Under the pieces are notes generated by a model that saw only the letters and a list, made by a program, of their open reading frames with translations, searched no databases and was not told the origin of the DNA. DNA of 64,000 bases from Candidatus Latescibacterota bacterium. GTDB lineage: Bacteria; Latescibacterota; UBA2968; SICM01. A program made the translations under genes and the position numbers. Numbering within the stretch: the stretch's first letter is position 1; each line of letters starts with the position of its first letter. The stretch is from the NCBI GenBank assembly GCA_965217865.1, contig CBDCJO010000002.1, positions 1,536,001 through 1,600,000 of the forward strand, read 5' to 3'. Shown here piece after piece: positions 1-9,176 of the stretch.

Positions 1-1420
1 ACAGGACGAATCTCAACTCATTCATGCCTCTCCTCATCCTTCCAGGATCGACGGCAAGCTCCAGGTGCCACCAGGGACAATCCTCGGGGTGCTCAAAGCC
101 GCGGAATGGCATCCTCTGCACGGACTCCCTCACGGGCGAGCCCAGGGACTCGCCATTCAGAAACACCGCCACATCCTCTAGATTCGGGACATTCTGGATG
201 TTCAGGAGGAGGCGGATACGGGGATGACATCCATATCTCGCAGCGGCCTCGAGGTCATCACTGAAGCGGAGCTCTGTCTTCGCTTCACCGCCGGTCGCGG
301 AATTTCCAAGTTCCAATGGAAGGTCGACCTGAGCAACATACACCTTGTCCTTGAATCGGATCTCATCCGGACCGCCAAGATCCTTAACAAGGTGGCGGAC
401 ATCGAAGCCCTGCTCCTCGCGCATCATATAATCGTAGAATGAGACGCCATCGGCACCTTGATCATAAAGGTGTGCGGCGATTGCGCGGTGCTCTTCCAGC
501 GTGTGCCACCTTGCATTCCCCGGGGCGGACACATACCTCCTGATCGGTTTTCCCGGACCGGCATACAGCCTGCAATTCGTGCCCTCTACAACCTCCTTCC
601 ACTCGGTGATATCGGGTTCGAAGCAGGCCTTGCTGCGGTAATGGCCGATAAGAATGTCTATCAACCCCTCACTTGCCCATTGGCGTAGATCGAGACCATA
701 ACCATATGCGTCCTGAACGGAACGCCGTTCAGGATCGTGTGCATAAACCTGTGCAGAGAGTCCGAGCCGGTTGCCTTTTTTTTCACCCACTTCATCCAGC
801 ATGGAGCGCATATCACGCACGAATTCGGTCATCAGGGGCCGACCCTCATCCACATCGTCGGGGGCGAAGAAGCCCGGGGATCGTGTGTAATCCAGGTCTA
901 TTCCATCCACGTCATATCGCTCTGCGACGTCGCGCATGAAGGCCAGACTCAGCTCCCTTACCTCGGACCTTGCCCAGTTGTAGGATCCATCCGGCAGGCG
1001 CAATTCCGGATTGTCACGATAATAGTCCGATTGGGGAGGATCGATATGTTTGTATGTGTGGTGCCGATCGTTCATGCGTCGGGAGCCCCAAACCTGCATC
1101 CCTCCGCTGTGTCCCTCCTCACATACGATCCTGAGGGGATCATTCCCGCTTTCGATCAGGTGATGAAGGTTCTTGGCCAGCTGCCAGTTCGAGAATCTCT
1201 TGTGTTGATGCTCGCTCGAGCCCCAGATCTCAAGCACCCTGGAATCGAAGAAGGCGGTCGTACTGCCGATACACCACTGGAAGATACCCACGTGAGAACC
1301 GGCCAGTGCCCTGACTTCGGCCAGGACTGCTTCTGGTGTGATTGGATACTCGTACTGGTCTTTCCAGCCGCCTAAGAAGCTAAGTCCATCACACGTCATG
1401 AGCAGCGGCTTGTCAGTCAT
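1..1420 (-). CDS. GHL10-like glycoside hydrolase TIM-barrel protein (3' end runs off window)
   Basis: Absent from the ORF track because there is no stop in the window. Hand translation from ATG 1420 (GGAG SD) gives MTDKPLLMTCDG...VWGSRRMNDRHH...YNWARSEVR...RYDVDGIDLDYTRSPGFF; the same frame is open at position 2. Confidence 0.75.
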   Translation of the reverse strand, partial: MTDKPLLMTCDGLSFLGGWKDQYEYPITPEAVLAEVRALAGSHVGIFQWCIGSTTAFFDSRVLEIWGSSEHQHKRFSNWQLAKNLHHLIESGNDPLRIVCEEGHSGGMQVWGSRRMNDRHHTYKHIDPPQSDYYRDNPELRLPDGSYNWARSEVRELSLAFMRDVAERYDVDGIDLDYTRSPGFFAPDDVDEGRPLMTEFVRDMRSMLDEVGEKKGNRLGLSAQVYAHDPERRSVQDAYGYGLDLRQWASEGLIDILIGHYRSKACFEPDITEWKEVVEGTNCRLYAGPGKPIRRYVSAPGNARWHTLEEHRAIAAHLYDQGADGVSFYDYMMREEQGFDVRHLVKDLGGPDEIRFKDKVYVAQVDLPLELGNSATGGEAKTELRFSDDLEAAARYGCHPRIRLLLNIQNVPNLEDVAVFLNGESLGSPVRESVQRMPFRGFEHPEDCPWWHLELAVDPGRMRRGMNELRFVL

Positions 1421-1484
1421 GGTGGTCTCCCTGGAAATGGAAAATACAAAATGGAAAATGAAAACGTCTCGCCCGAACAATCGA

Positions 1485-3719
1485 TTAGAATCCCGAACCC
1501 GCGCCCGGGGTGAAGACCATGAGCCCCGCCTGAATGACATCCACCTGGTCGGTTTGCGTGCCGGGTGGACGCGTACCTGTGTTTGGAGGCGTTGGCTCAT
1601 CGATGGTAAGCTCACCTTCTTCGGCGATTGGATGATCCCTATCCAGCCCATCCCGATCGAGAGCGGAATCTGGCGCGGTAGCAGGGCCATCCAAACCATC
1701 AAACTGGGCTTTGAGGTCGTCCATTCCCCACCGCGCTCCGTAGAGGATGATCCGGATATTCCCTTTGGATCTCATCTCCTTGTAAAATTCGGGATCCAGT
1801 GTGTCCCAGCCGCCGTGGCTCGGGTCAACGATCACGGCATCGACCAGCCCTTTTTCGACCCATTCGCGCACATCCAGGGCATTTAGAAGGTTCACCTGTT
1901 CATTCGAAAACGTGTAGGGTACCAGCTTGATCGGGCTTCCCTGCTTTTTTGTCTCCTCCTCCAGCATTTCACGAAGATCCTCCATGAGTTTGGTGACGTG
2001 CCGGGCGCGGAACTTCAGCCAGCGGCTGTCCTCATCGGGAAGCTCCAAGGGATCCTCGCCGTATTCCCTTTGGAAGGCATCACACACGTGCGGTTCGTAA
2101 CCGACGAATGGCGGACCCCTGAAAAACCCCGGTGCAATTCCGTCGATCCTTCCGTCTCCGACCTGGCAGTGCCCGATGATTTCCCTGTAGAGCGCCACCA
2201 CGTAGTCGCGGACTTGGGGATACGCGTAGCTCATCTTGACCTTGGCGTGAACGCCGTCCTTGTTGACGATGCAGTACTCCGGATGCTTTTGGAAGAACGG
2301 CCCCGCGGCCCATTCCGAATCAGTGCCCCACGCCCCCATGCGGAGCATCACCCAGAAGTCCATTCCCATCCGGTGCGCCTCATCGGCCCCCACGTTCGGT
2401 AGGTTCACGCCATTTTCGATGAGCGACCTCCGTCCCTGGATGCTCAGCTCATCCCACTGCCTCTTCGTTACGCAGGATTGTGTTCCGGTCTCGCCAATCT
2501 TTGTCGGGTATGTGGTCTTGTCGATTGCGCAGTTCGGGTCCATCAAGAAGATATTGCAGCCCTCAGACCGTCTGACAGCAGTCCGAATGACTTGTCTTAC
2601 GTCGCCTTCGGTGGTCGCGTTGTACTCGGTCAGTGCGTCCCAGGTGTCCAATCCCGCAATCAGAATCGGCTCTTTTGCCTTCACGGGCTCTGAGACCGAT
2701 GGGGGGGCTTCAGCCGGAACAAACCTCAGCCACGCGACGCCACAGCGGACATTGAAATGTATGTAGTCCGGCTTATAGACCCCCGGGCCGCACCAGGTGG
2801 TGAACCGGCTCTTCTGGCGGAGGTGGATGTCCTGGCCGTCCATCTTTACACGCTTCCAGAGTCGCTCCCGGAAAAATCCCCGTTTCACCGAAAAATAGGG
2901 CTCGTTCCATCCTGGCGTCGGATGGAGCGGCAGATGCGTGAAGCCCGATTCCCCGGTTGTCCGGATGTCGATGCCGGCGAAGTTGAACTTCTCATCGTGG
3001 GGAGAGACCGGATCGTAGAGCCCCACGTAAACGTCGTACCAACCTGAAAGGTTTTCCTCACCCAGGTGTAAAACGATCTCCTCTCCGAAGCAATCTTCAT
3101 CGACCTCCAGCCCAACACCTTCCTCAACACCACTCTCTTGAGCCGAGTATTTCGACAGTTTCCACGTGTCGTGGCCCGTGTTGACATGTCTGGGTGTCGG
3201 GATCGGAATCAGCTTCAACCAGGCCAAAGCGCACGGCAAAGTCCGATGTCTCCAGAGCGGGATCTGGGCCAGATGCAGGTCCTGGCCTGACAGGTTCGCG
3301 ATCTTCCAGACACGCTCATTGACTTCGCGGTTCTTGGTTTCGGCGTGCGCCTTCCACAGCGACCAATCCGGATCTTTGCTGAGCCTCGCGTGCATCCCCT
3401 CCCCTGGAGGGCGGTGGTGAGGGGGATTTTGAGCCCACATCCCGTAGCGGACCTCATACCAGCCCCTGAGCTTCAATGCGCTCAGCTTATAGACGACCGG
3501 CTGCGCTCGCGTGGTCTGTGTGCCGATCAGCGAAAAGCCTTCGACATCTCCGGCCTTGTAAGGCTTCAGCTGCCATAGGCCGGGTGTCTCCGGATGCCTG
3601 GATACGAAGGTTTGCGGCTCGCACGCGCTGAAATCGCTGATCAGCAGGGTCTCCCGCGAGTCGCTTTCAGCGTCAATCCCCACGACGGGTTCGAAACGGC
3701 TCAGATCTGTGATGATCAT
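1485..3719 (-). CDS. GHL10-like protein with two tandem N-terminal repeated domains (paralog of 39179..41410)
   Basis: 744 aa; AHRMGMDFWVMLRM, FFQKHPEY, SYAYPQVRDY, DVREWVEKGLVD motifs. Confidence 0.7.
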   Translation of the reverse strand: MIITDLSRFEPVVGIDAESDSRETLLISDFSACEPQTFVSRHPETPGLWQLKPYKAGDVEGFSLIGTQTTRAQPVVYKLSALKLRGWYEVRYGMWAQNPPHHRPPGEGMHARLSKDPDWSLWKAHAETKNREVNERVWKIANLSGQDLHLAQIPLWRHRTLPCALAWLKLIPIPTPRHVNTGHDTWKLSKYSAQESGVEEGVGLEVDEDCFGEEIVLHLGEENLSGWYDVYVGLYDPVSPHDEKFNFAGIDIRTTGESGFTHLPLHPTPGWNEPYFSVKRGFFRERLWKRVKMDGQDIHLRQKSRFTTWCGPGVYKPDYIHFNVRCGVAWLRFVPAEAPPSVSEPVKAKEPILIAGLDTWDALTEYNATTEGDVRQVIRTAVRRSEGCNIFLMDPNCAIDKTTYPTKIGETGTQSCVTKRQWDELSIQGRRSLIENGVNLPNVGADEAHRMGMDFWVMLRMGAWGTDSEWAAGPFFQKHPEYCIVNKDGVHAKVKMSYAYPQVRDYVVALYREIIGHCQVGDGRIDGIAPGFFRGPPFVGYEPHVCDAFQREYGEDPLELPDEDSRWLKFRARHVTKLMEDLREMLEEETKKQGSPIKLVPYTFSNEQVNLLNALDVREWVEKGLVDAVIVDPSHGGWDTLDPEFYKEMRSKGNIRIILYGARWGMDDLKAQFDGLDGPATAPDSALDRDGLDRDHPIAEEGELTIDEPTPPNTGTRPPGTQTDQVDVIQAGLMVFTPGAGSGF

Positions 3720-3907
3720 CTCAATCGGTCCTCATTTTGTGGTCTCGATTCAGCCATCCTTTTCTTCACTGAAACGGTTCCTGACAGGCGTTTTCTCTTT
3801 CGTTGCCTGGAACAGCATAAAGAATTGGTCTGCAATAAGTTAACCAATAAGCGAGAAATAGACTTAAGAGCTGGTAGAACAACCGCGCAATATAGCCCGC
3901 GGGGAGG

Positions 3908-4134
3908 AAATTGCAAAGTGAAAAATGTGAATGGAGACGATGGACCATAGACCATAGACGATGGACGATGGACAAAGGTTGGAGGCCAGAGGCCAGGGGT
4001 CGGGAAGAGCAGTAGCAGTGGCAGGTGGCAGTGGCAGGAAGAGCAGAGGCGGGGCCCAGGGGTCGGAGGTCAGGGGACAGGGAAAAGCTGTAGCAGTAAC
4101 TGTGGCAGGAAAAACCAAGCCCGGTATAGGCAAT
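3908..4134. repeat. Mosaic of short tandem-repeat arrays (AAAATGN, ATRGACS, GGYCRGA, GCAGTG)
   Basis: Directly visible, e.g. atggacc atagacc atagacg atggacg; ggccaga ggccagg ggtcggg; gcagta gcagtg gcaggtg gcagtg. Confidence 0.85.
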
Positions 4135-4151
4135 GGGGTAACCCCTTAGAT

Positions 4152-4262
4152 TTGTGGGACCCGACCCAGTCGGGGAATAAGGGAATTAGCCAAAGGGAAA
4201 CCCCTGTTTAAGGGATCCTGGCCCTCCAGAGCCAGTTCCCGGTCTGGAGACCGGTCCCACAA
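4152..4262. repeat. REP/REPIN-like inverted pair TTGTGGGACC...GGTCCCACAA
   Basis: 10-bp perfect inverted ends with internal hairpins; contains CCCTGTTTAAGGGAT, which recurs at about 16134. Confidence 0.6.
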
Positions 4263-4404
4263 CTTTTGGCCATACAAGGCCAGGGGGGTTGGTTGCGACT
4301 GAGCGAAGCGGAGCCAGTAGGGGCGACCCGATGCGGTCGCCCGTCGATGGGACCGGGCGAGGCTTTGCTTCGCCCAATTGGGAGTCGGGTGGCCGATAAA
4401 ATTG

Positions 4405-4436
4405 TTGTAGGGGCACGATGCATCGTGCCCCTACAA
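4405..4436. repeat. GTAG-type REP palindrome
   Basis: Perfect 32-bp palindrome TTGTAGGGGCACGATGCATCGTGCCCCTACAA; near-identical copy at 27174; related GTAGGGGCGACC..GGTCGCCC at about 4317. Confidence 0.85.
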
Positions 4437-4528
4437 GGGGAATCCGGCGTATAGGTGAGGGAATAAATCCCCGGCGGATTAGTACGTGGATAGCAACACG
4501 ATGGGGTCTTCGATCCCCGAATCACGAA

Positions 4529-5494
4529 TCACGATCCACGGGTTTTGGGGATCTTCACCTGTGTATGTCGGAAGTCGGGTCCTATCGATTGACTTGACCC
4601 CAGGCCCAGTCCCCAGTCATACGGGCCGGGATGGGCTCGTTCCTCAGCCCACGCCTTGAGCGGAACATCATCCCAGTCGTCGGAAAACCAAAATTGCGAT
4701 GACGGATTGCCGATCGGGTCTTTGCCCAGCGGATTTCCGCCCTGGCCCATGGCCCCCAGCAACTGCCGCCGGATTGGGGAGCTACGGGCGATCAGGTCCG
4801 GATCCTGTTCTACGTATCCGCTCGGCCGTACCCACCTTGGCGTGTAGCCGAAATAAATTACCTTGCGGACGCTCTTTGAAAGATTGGGAGTCACACCGTG
4901 CAAAAGCGTGGGCCGCCACAGCATGGCGCTACCGGCCGGAACCCGCAATTCAAAGATGTCCTCAGGTTTCAACCACGAATTCCAGGTGGCTCGTTGCTCT
5001 CGGGTCCACTTGTAGCTCCCGGGCAAAAGAAGGATCGTGCTGTGACCGGTTTCGGTGTGATCCGAAACGTACCAGCCGACCTTGAAGTCCAGCAGCGGCA
5101 ATGGCCCGTCAATAGTGGTTCCTGAAAAGTGGGGTTCATAATCGAAATGCAATCCAAGGGACAATATGTCTGGATCTGTGCCGTCAGGAGCCGGCGGGGC
5201 ATAGCCAAACGTACTATCGCGATTCTGAATGTTCCACCCGATGGCATCCACGACTAACGGAAGAATCCTGGGATGATCGATCAAGTTCAGTATGGCCTCG
5301 TGGTGTGCCAGAGCATTGCGGAGGCCCACCTCGTCTTCGGTACTTAAGCCCTGCGCTCTGCGTATCATGTCTGCCACTTCGTCCATGGCCGTGGATAAGG
5401 AATCCAGCTCTGGCCCGGTCAGCACACGCTCTAATATTGTGAATCCCTTTTCGTTGAGTTCATCTCTCTGCTGGTCGGTAATGGCTATTGGCAT
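4529..5494 (-). CDS. Phytanoyl-CoA dioxygenase (PhyH) family Fe(II)/2OG dioxygenase
   Basis: GFTILERVL start, HxD (LHFD), LLPGS, AGSAMLW..LLHGV. Confidence 0.85.
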   Translation of the reverse strand: MPIAITDQQRDELNEKGFTILERVLTGPELDSLSTAMDEVADMIRRAQGLSTEDEVGLRNALAHHEAILNLIDHPRILPLVVDAIGWNIQNRDSTFGYAPPAPDGTDPDILSLGLHFDYEPHFSGTTIDGPLPLLDFKVGWYVSDHTETGHSTILLLPGSYKWTREQRATWNSWLKPEDIFELRVPAGSAMLWRPTLLHGVTPNLSKSVRKVIYFGYTPRWVRPSGYVEQDPDLIARSSPIRRQLLGAMGQGGNPLGKDPIGNPSSQFWFSDDWDDVPLKAWAEERAHPGPYDWGLGLGSSQSIGPDFRHTQVKIPKTRGS

Positions 5495-5510
5495 CTGGTT
5501 CCTCGGTGAA

Positions 5511-6731
5511 TCACCTGTCCCAACTCACGATAAAGTCCTCGACATTGAAATCAGCCGGCATTTGGTTGAAATGATAACGATTGGGCATGCCCTGGAACCC
5601 CGGAGATAAGTGCTCTTCGTCCGCCTGGAGTAGCGCATCGAGCTTCTCGAACCGTTCCCACAGGACATCCGCCTCTTTCATTGAGAAGCGATTCGCGAAC
5701 TCCGGACCCCAATTCATGGTGAGCGGATGTGGTTTCTGCGCCCTTCTGCGAAATTCATCGGGCACCCCTTCGAGGCCGGGATGCTTTTTTAGCTTGATCA
5801 TAAGGGCCGCCTTGCAGAGGTATACGGTTGAGAGCATCCTGCCCTTTTCTCCTCTACCCGGATGGAGGTTTTCCAGGCTCGCGAGGTAGGCTGCGGTGTC
5901 CTTTTCAATGCACGCTCTGAGCGCAAATTCGGTTTCGTTCTGCATCACTGTGCTCCGCTTTGCCCACCGTTCAAATTCTCCCCGAGCGTGGGGGGACAGG
6001 TGGTTTGAAAACTGCGGATCTTCGTAGAAAGTGAAATTTGAAAATCCTCCATGAATGATTCGCCGCATCTTGTTGCTATAGTTGCTGGCCCAGTGGAGGA
6101 TGGGCAGGATGTAAGCGACCCCGTCGCCGGCCTCAAGGTGCGTCTGGACGCCCCCTGGCAGCGGAACTCGTGGGTCGGCCTGCAACCGATCATTCTCATC
6201 GGGGGTGTTGAGCCTAAGGTGGCTGCCGGGCATCACCCAGAGTACGTCGTCAGCGTATAGGGATAGATTCCACTGTACGTATCGAGGGCCCGCCTCGATG
6301 ATGTCGTCCACGTAGCCCTGGAGGGGGGCAGTGTCTAAAGGATGGACGTCGCGGTGCCATCGGGCAGGGCCGTGGTTGCGAACCGGACTGCACATGAACA
6401 TCATAACCGTGACCCCCGCATCCTCGACTTCCATAAGCCGGTTGCTGACTCCCTGGGTGTTTTCGTGCAACCAGATTTCCACAGTGTTGGCCGTTTGCTC
6501 GTCGATTCGATCCGCCAGGGGGCTTTTGCTCAGGAATAATCGCGGCTGGGGAGAGGTCTCCCATACTCCGCCCGGGGGATCGTCCGGATTGCGATTTTTT
6601 GCCCAGATCGCTTTCTCATGTTCGACCAGGATTTCGTAACCGGCGCGCAGATCATCAAGTTGATCTTGAGGGATGACGCGGCGCAGGATGGCGTAACCCT
6701 CTTCGAGGAACCGGTCACTGTTTATCTCCAT
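5511..6731 (-). CDS. PhyH-family dioxygenase with C-terminal extension
   Basis: Start reassigned to MEINSDRFLEEGYAIL; WHRD, VMPGSH, LEAGDG..ILHW. Confidence 0.8.
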   Translation of the reverse strand: MEINSDRFLEEGYAILRRVIPQDQLDDLRAGYEILVEHEKAIWAKNRNPDDPPGGVWETSPQPRLFLSKSPLADRIDEQTANTVEIWLHENTQGVSNRLMEVEDAGVTVMMFMCSPVRNHGPARWHRDVHPLDTAPLQGYVDDIIEAGPRYVQWNLSLYADDVLWVMPGSHLRLNTPDENDRLQADPRVPLPGGVQTHLEAGDGVAYILPILHWASNYSNKMRRIIHGGFSNFTFYEDPQFSNHLSPHARGEFERWAKRSTVMQNETEFALRACIEKDTAAYLASLENLHPGRGEKGRMLSTVYLCKAALMIKLKKHPGLEGVPDEFRRRAQKPHPLTMNWGPEFANRFSMKEADVLWERFEKLDALLQADEEHLSPGFQGMPNRYHFNQMPADFNVEDFIVSWDR

Positions 6732-6781
6732 CGAGTTGTATCTCTTTGCTATGAGACTATGAACAATACGGGACGGATGTG

Positions 6782-8227
6782 TCAGCTGACCCAGAAGGAG
6801 AAAAGCTGTGTGTTCCTGAGCTTGAAGCGCAGGCGCAGGGGACGACCGGCGAGCGGAGATCTCCCCTCCGGCCAAGCCACTTTCGTGTCAACCGTGTCCC
6901 GGGAAAGCGGAAGACTGGTTTCCAGGATTCGTCCCCCTTCCGGCTCCAGAATCTCCACCACAAGCGTTCCCCATCGGGATTGGACGTTTACACGGATCGG
7001 ACCGTCCGGCAGGATCAAGGGAACGGTCGTGACCTCACCCCCGTCGAAGCTCGCGCCGAGAGACGCGAATCCGTCCAGGCGGAGCCTGGCGATACCCAGC
7101 CCGGACCAGAGGCCCTTTCCGAGGCCCTCACGGTCCTTTCCCCTCAGCGCGGCCCAGTCTCCCCGCATCTGCTTGTCGCTGACCAGGTCCTTGTATTTCC
7201 CCGATCGCTCTCTGTACTCGGTGTCCGGGAGACCTGTCTGTCGATATTCGGCGTGACGCCAGGTGCGGCCGCCGTAGTAGATCCACAGCTCGTCTCCGAC
7301 GGGAATCGGAACCGATGCCACGGTGTTGTTGAAACGGTCCCAGGTTCCGGCTTCTCCCAGCGGGATAAGGGGTTCGCCCCGGTGCCGCACCCATGTGATC
7401 CCGTCCCGGCTGTAGGCCAGGCGCACGTCGATCGTACCGACGTGTGGCCAGGATGTATGACGGCGCCAGAGACCGAGCCAGTGGGAGCCATAAGGAAAGG
7501 CGACCAGATGGTAGACCTCTGTGCCCGGAGGATCCTTCGTATCCACGTGCATCACGAGCTCAGGCTCGGACCAGTGGTTCAGGTCGTTAGAGACCGTGCG
7601 AGCGATCGCTCGGGCCAGATATCGATCGGGCAGGTCTTGCTCGACCACTTCCGGCGGCACGTGATAGCAGCGACAGTAGAAGACATAGCACGCTCGCTTC
7701 GAATCGAAGGTCAGGAAGGATGCATCGGGCGTGCGCCATTTCAGCCCGCCTTCGTCCGTGAAGCGGAACCGCTCCAGCCGCTCCCAGTGAAGCGCGTCCG
7801 GGGAAACGGCCGCCCGCCAGTACTTCTCCGTTGTTTTCCAGTCCTGAGCCATGTAGGTCATCTTGTAACGGCGGGCCGGGTCGGGATCGTGCTCGTCCCG
7901 GAACGGGAAGTCCGTCAAGGCCCGTTCGACTGCCGGATCGAAGAGCATGTTCGTCTTCTGGCCCTCCGGCGTCCTGACGATGTCCATCAACGGCCACTCC
8001 CAGTGGACGCCGTCAGCACTCTCACCGTATGAACCGGAGGAGATCATCCTGAACTTTTCCATGGCCTCGTCGAAGATGACCGGACAGGTATCCACATCCG
8101 TGACCGGGTTGCCTTCGAACTTGGCGGCCGTCAGGAAGGTGCGTGCCGCGTTGCGTTTGTCAGCGATCAAAAGATCGTCGACGAGCAGCTGCTTTTCGCC
8201 CTTTTCAAGCGTGAGACCTTCACTCAT
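6782..8227 (-). CDS. GH32/GH43-like five-bladed beta-propeller protein
   Basis: 481 aa; ESADGVHW, SPDALHW, YSRDGITW repeats; LRLDGFASL..GEVTT C-terminal signature. Confidence 0.7.
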   Translation of the reverse strand: MSEGLTLEKGEKQLLVDDLLIADKRNAARTFLTAAKFEGNPVTDVDTCPVIFDEAMEKFRMISSGSYGESADGVHWEWPLMDIVRTPEGQKTNMLFDPAVERALTDFPFRDEHDPDPARRYKMTYMAQDWKTTEKYWRAAVSPDALHWERLERFRFTDEGGLKWRTPDASFLTFDSKRACYVFYCRCYHVPPEVVEQDLPDRYLARAIARTVSNDLNHWSEPELVMHVDTKDPPGTEVYHLVAFPYGSHWLGLWRRHTSWPHVGTIDVRLAYSRDGITWVRHRGEPLIPLGEAGTWDRFNNTVASVPIPVGDELWIYYGGRTWRHAEYRQTGLPDTEYRERSGKYKDLVSDKQMRGDWAALRGKDREGLGKGLWSGLGIARLRLDGFASLGASFDGGEVTTVPLILPDGPIRVNVQSRWGTLVVEILEPEGGRILETSLPLSRDTVDTKVAWPEGRSPLAGRPLRLRFKLRNTQLFSFWVS

Positions 8228-8311
8228 GACCGGATTTCCATTAGATTCACAACCTCTGTCCCTCCTGTGGCGGATAGCCCATGGACTCGGATACGAACGG
8301 CACAGAAGGTT

Positions 8312-9112
8312 TCAGCCACGGGAGGTAAACGCAGAGGCAGTTTGGAGAAAATCATCCGCCGTCCCCTCCATGATCCCGATCAAACCCTCCTGGGATTCTG
8401 AGCCTCCACGGGGTATGGATCCGTAGTCCATGATCAGATCCAGACAAGGCCAGTGGTAGTTGCTCAACACGGCTATTATGCTTTCGCACACCATGCCCGC
8501 CACGATCGGCCGAGTTTCACACCAGCACGCGTGCGGCGTGGGCTCGTTACCGCCCCCAATTCGAAAGACCATTGGCGCCGTCACCTCGACAGGCACTTTC
8601 ACCCAGTTCTTGCCAGGGACAATATCCTTGCCTTTGAACGGGTAATAACCCTGCCTCGCGTCGACCCCATCGGGCCACAGCTCCCGAAGCTCGTGGATCT
8701 CTCCGTCCGCCTCTATGAAGGTCCTGTCACCCCGGAAAAGGCGGGGGGAGGGAAAATTGTGCACGCTGACAAAGGCCTCTTCCCAATCATCTTCTGACTC
8801 GTTGGAAAGGGTGAGGTCGAACCTCAACAGGCCTTCATCCCCCTCGCGGAACGTCCAGACGAGCGTCCCTGCACCGGGGTTGACGATCGTGGTCCTCACC
8901 GCACCCTCCTCCTCCTCCCATTCACAGGGTCGCTTCCGGCCCAGATCCGTTCCTTGATCCCTGGTTCCCGTGCCCTCCACCATGGCGTGCAGCTCCCACT
9001 GCATAAACGAGCCTTCCGGTTGACGGATGATTTCGAACTCGCAGTTCCCGCGGTGGACGAACTGCGTGTCCCCGAGGTGAAGCATATCAAAGGGCTGCTT
9101 ATAGGATTCCAT
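8312..9112 (-). CDS. Hypothetical protein
   Basis: 266-aa ORF with GGAGG SD, in operon orientation. Confidence 0.65.
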   Translation of the reverse strand: MESYKQPFDMLHLGDTQFVHRGNCEFEIIRQPEGSFMQWELHAMVEGTGTRDQGTDLGRKRPCEWEEEEGAVRTTIVNPGAGTLVWTFREGDEGLLRFDLTLSNESEDDWEEAFVSVHNFPSPRLFRGDRTFIEADGEIHELRELWPDGVDARQGYYPFKGKDIVPGKNWVKVPVEVTAPMVFRIGGGNEPTPHACWCETRPIVAGMVCESIIAVLSNYHWPCLDLIMDYGSIPRGGSESQEGLIGIMEGTADDFLQTASAFTSRG

Positions 9113-9176
9113 TTATATGGCCTCCGAGAGAAGAAAGAAATGGGTCCAGGCTTCGGGGGTGACTTTCCGGGCAGGT

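Noticed and set aside
24-1375. Short plus-strand ORFs
   Set aside because: Explained as shadows of the minus-strand GHL10-like gene that runs off the window.
6779-8032. 417-aa plus-strand ORF (likewise 16247..17434 and 44287..45420)
   Set aside because: Antisense to well-supported genes.
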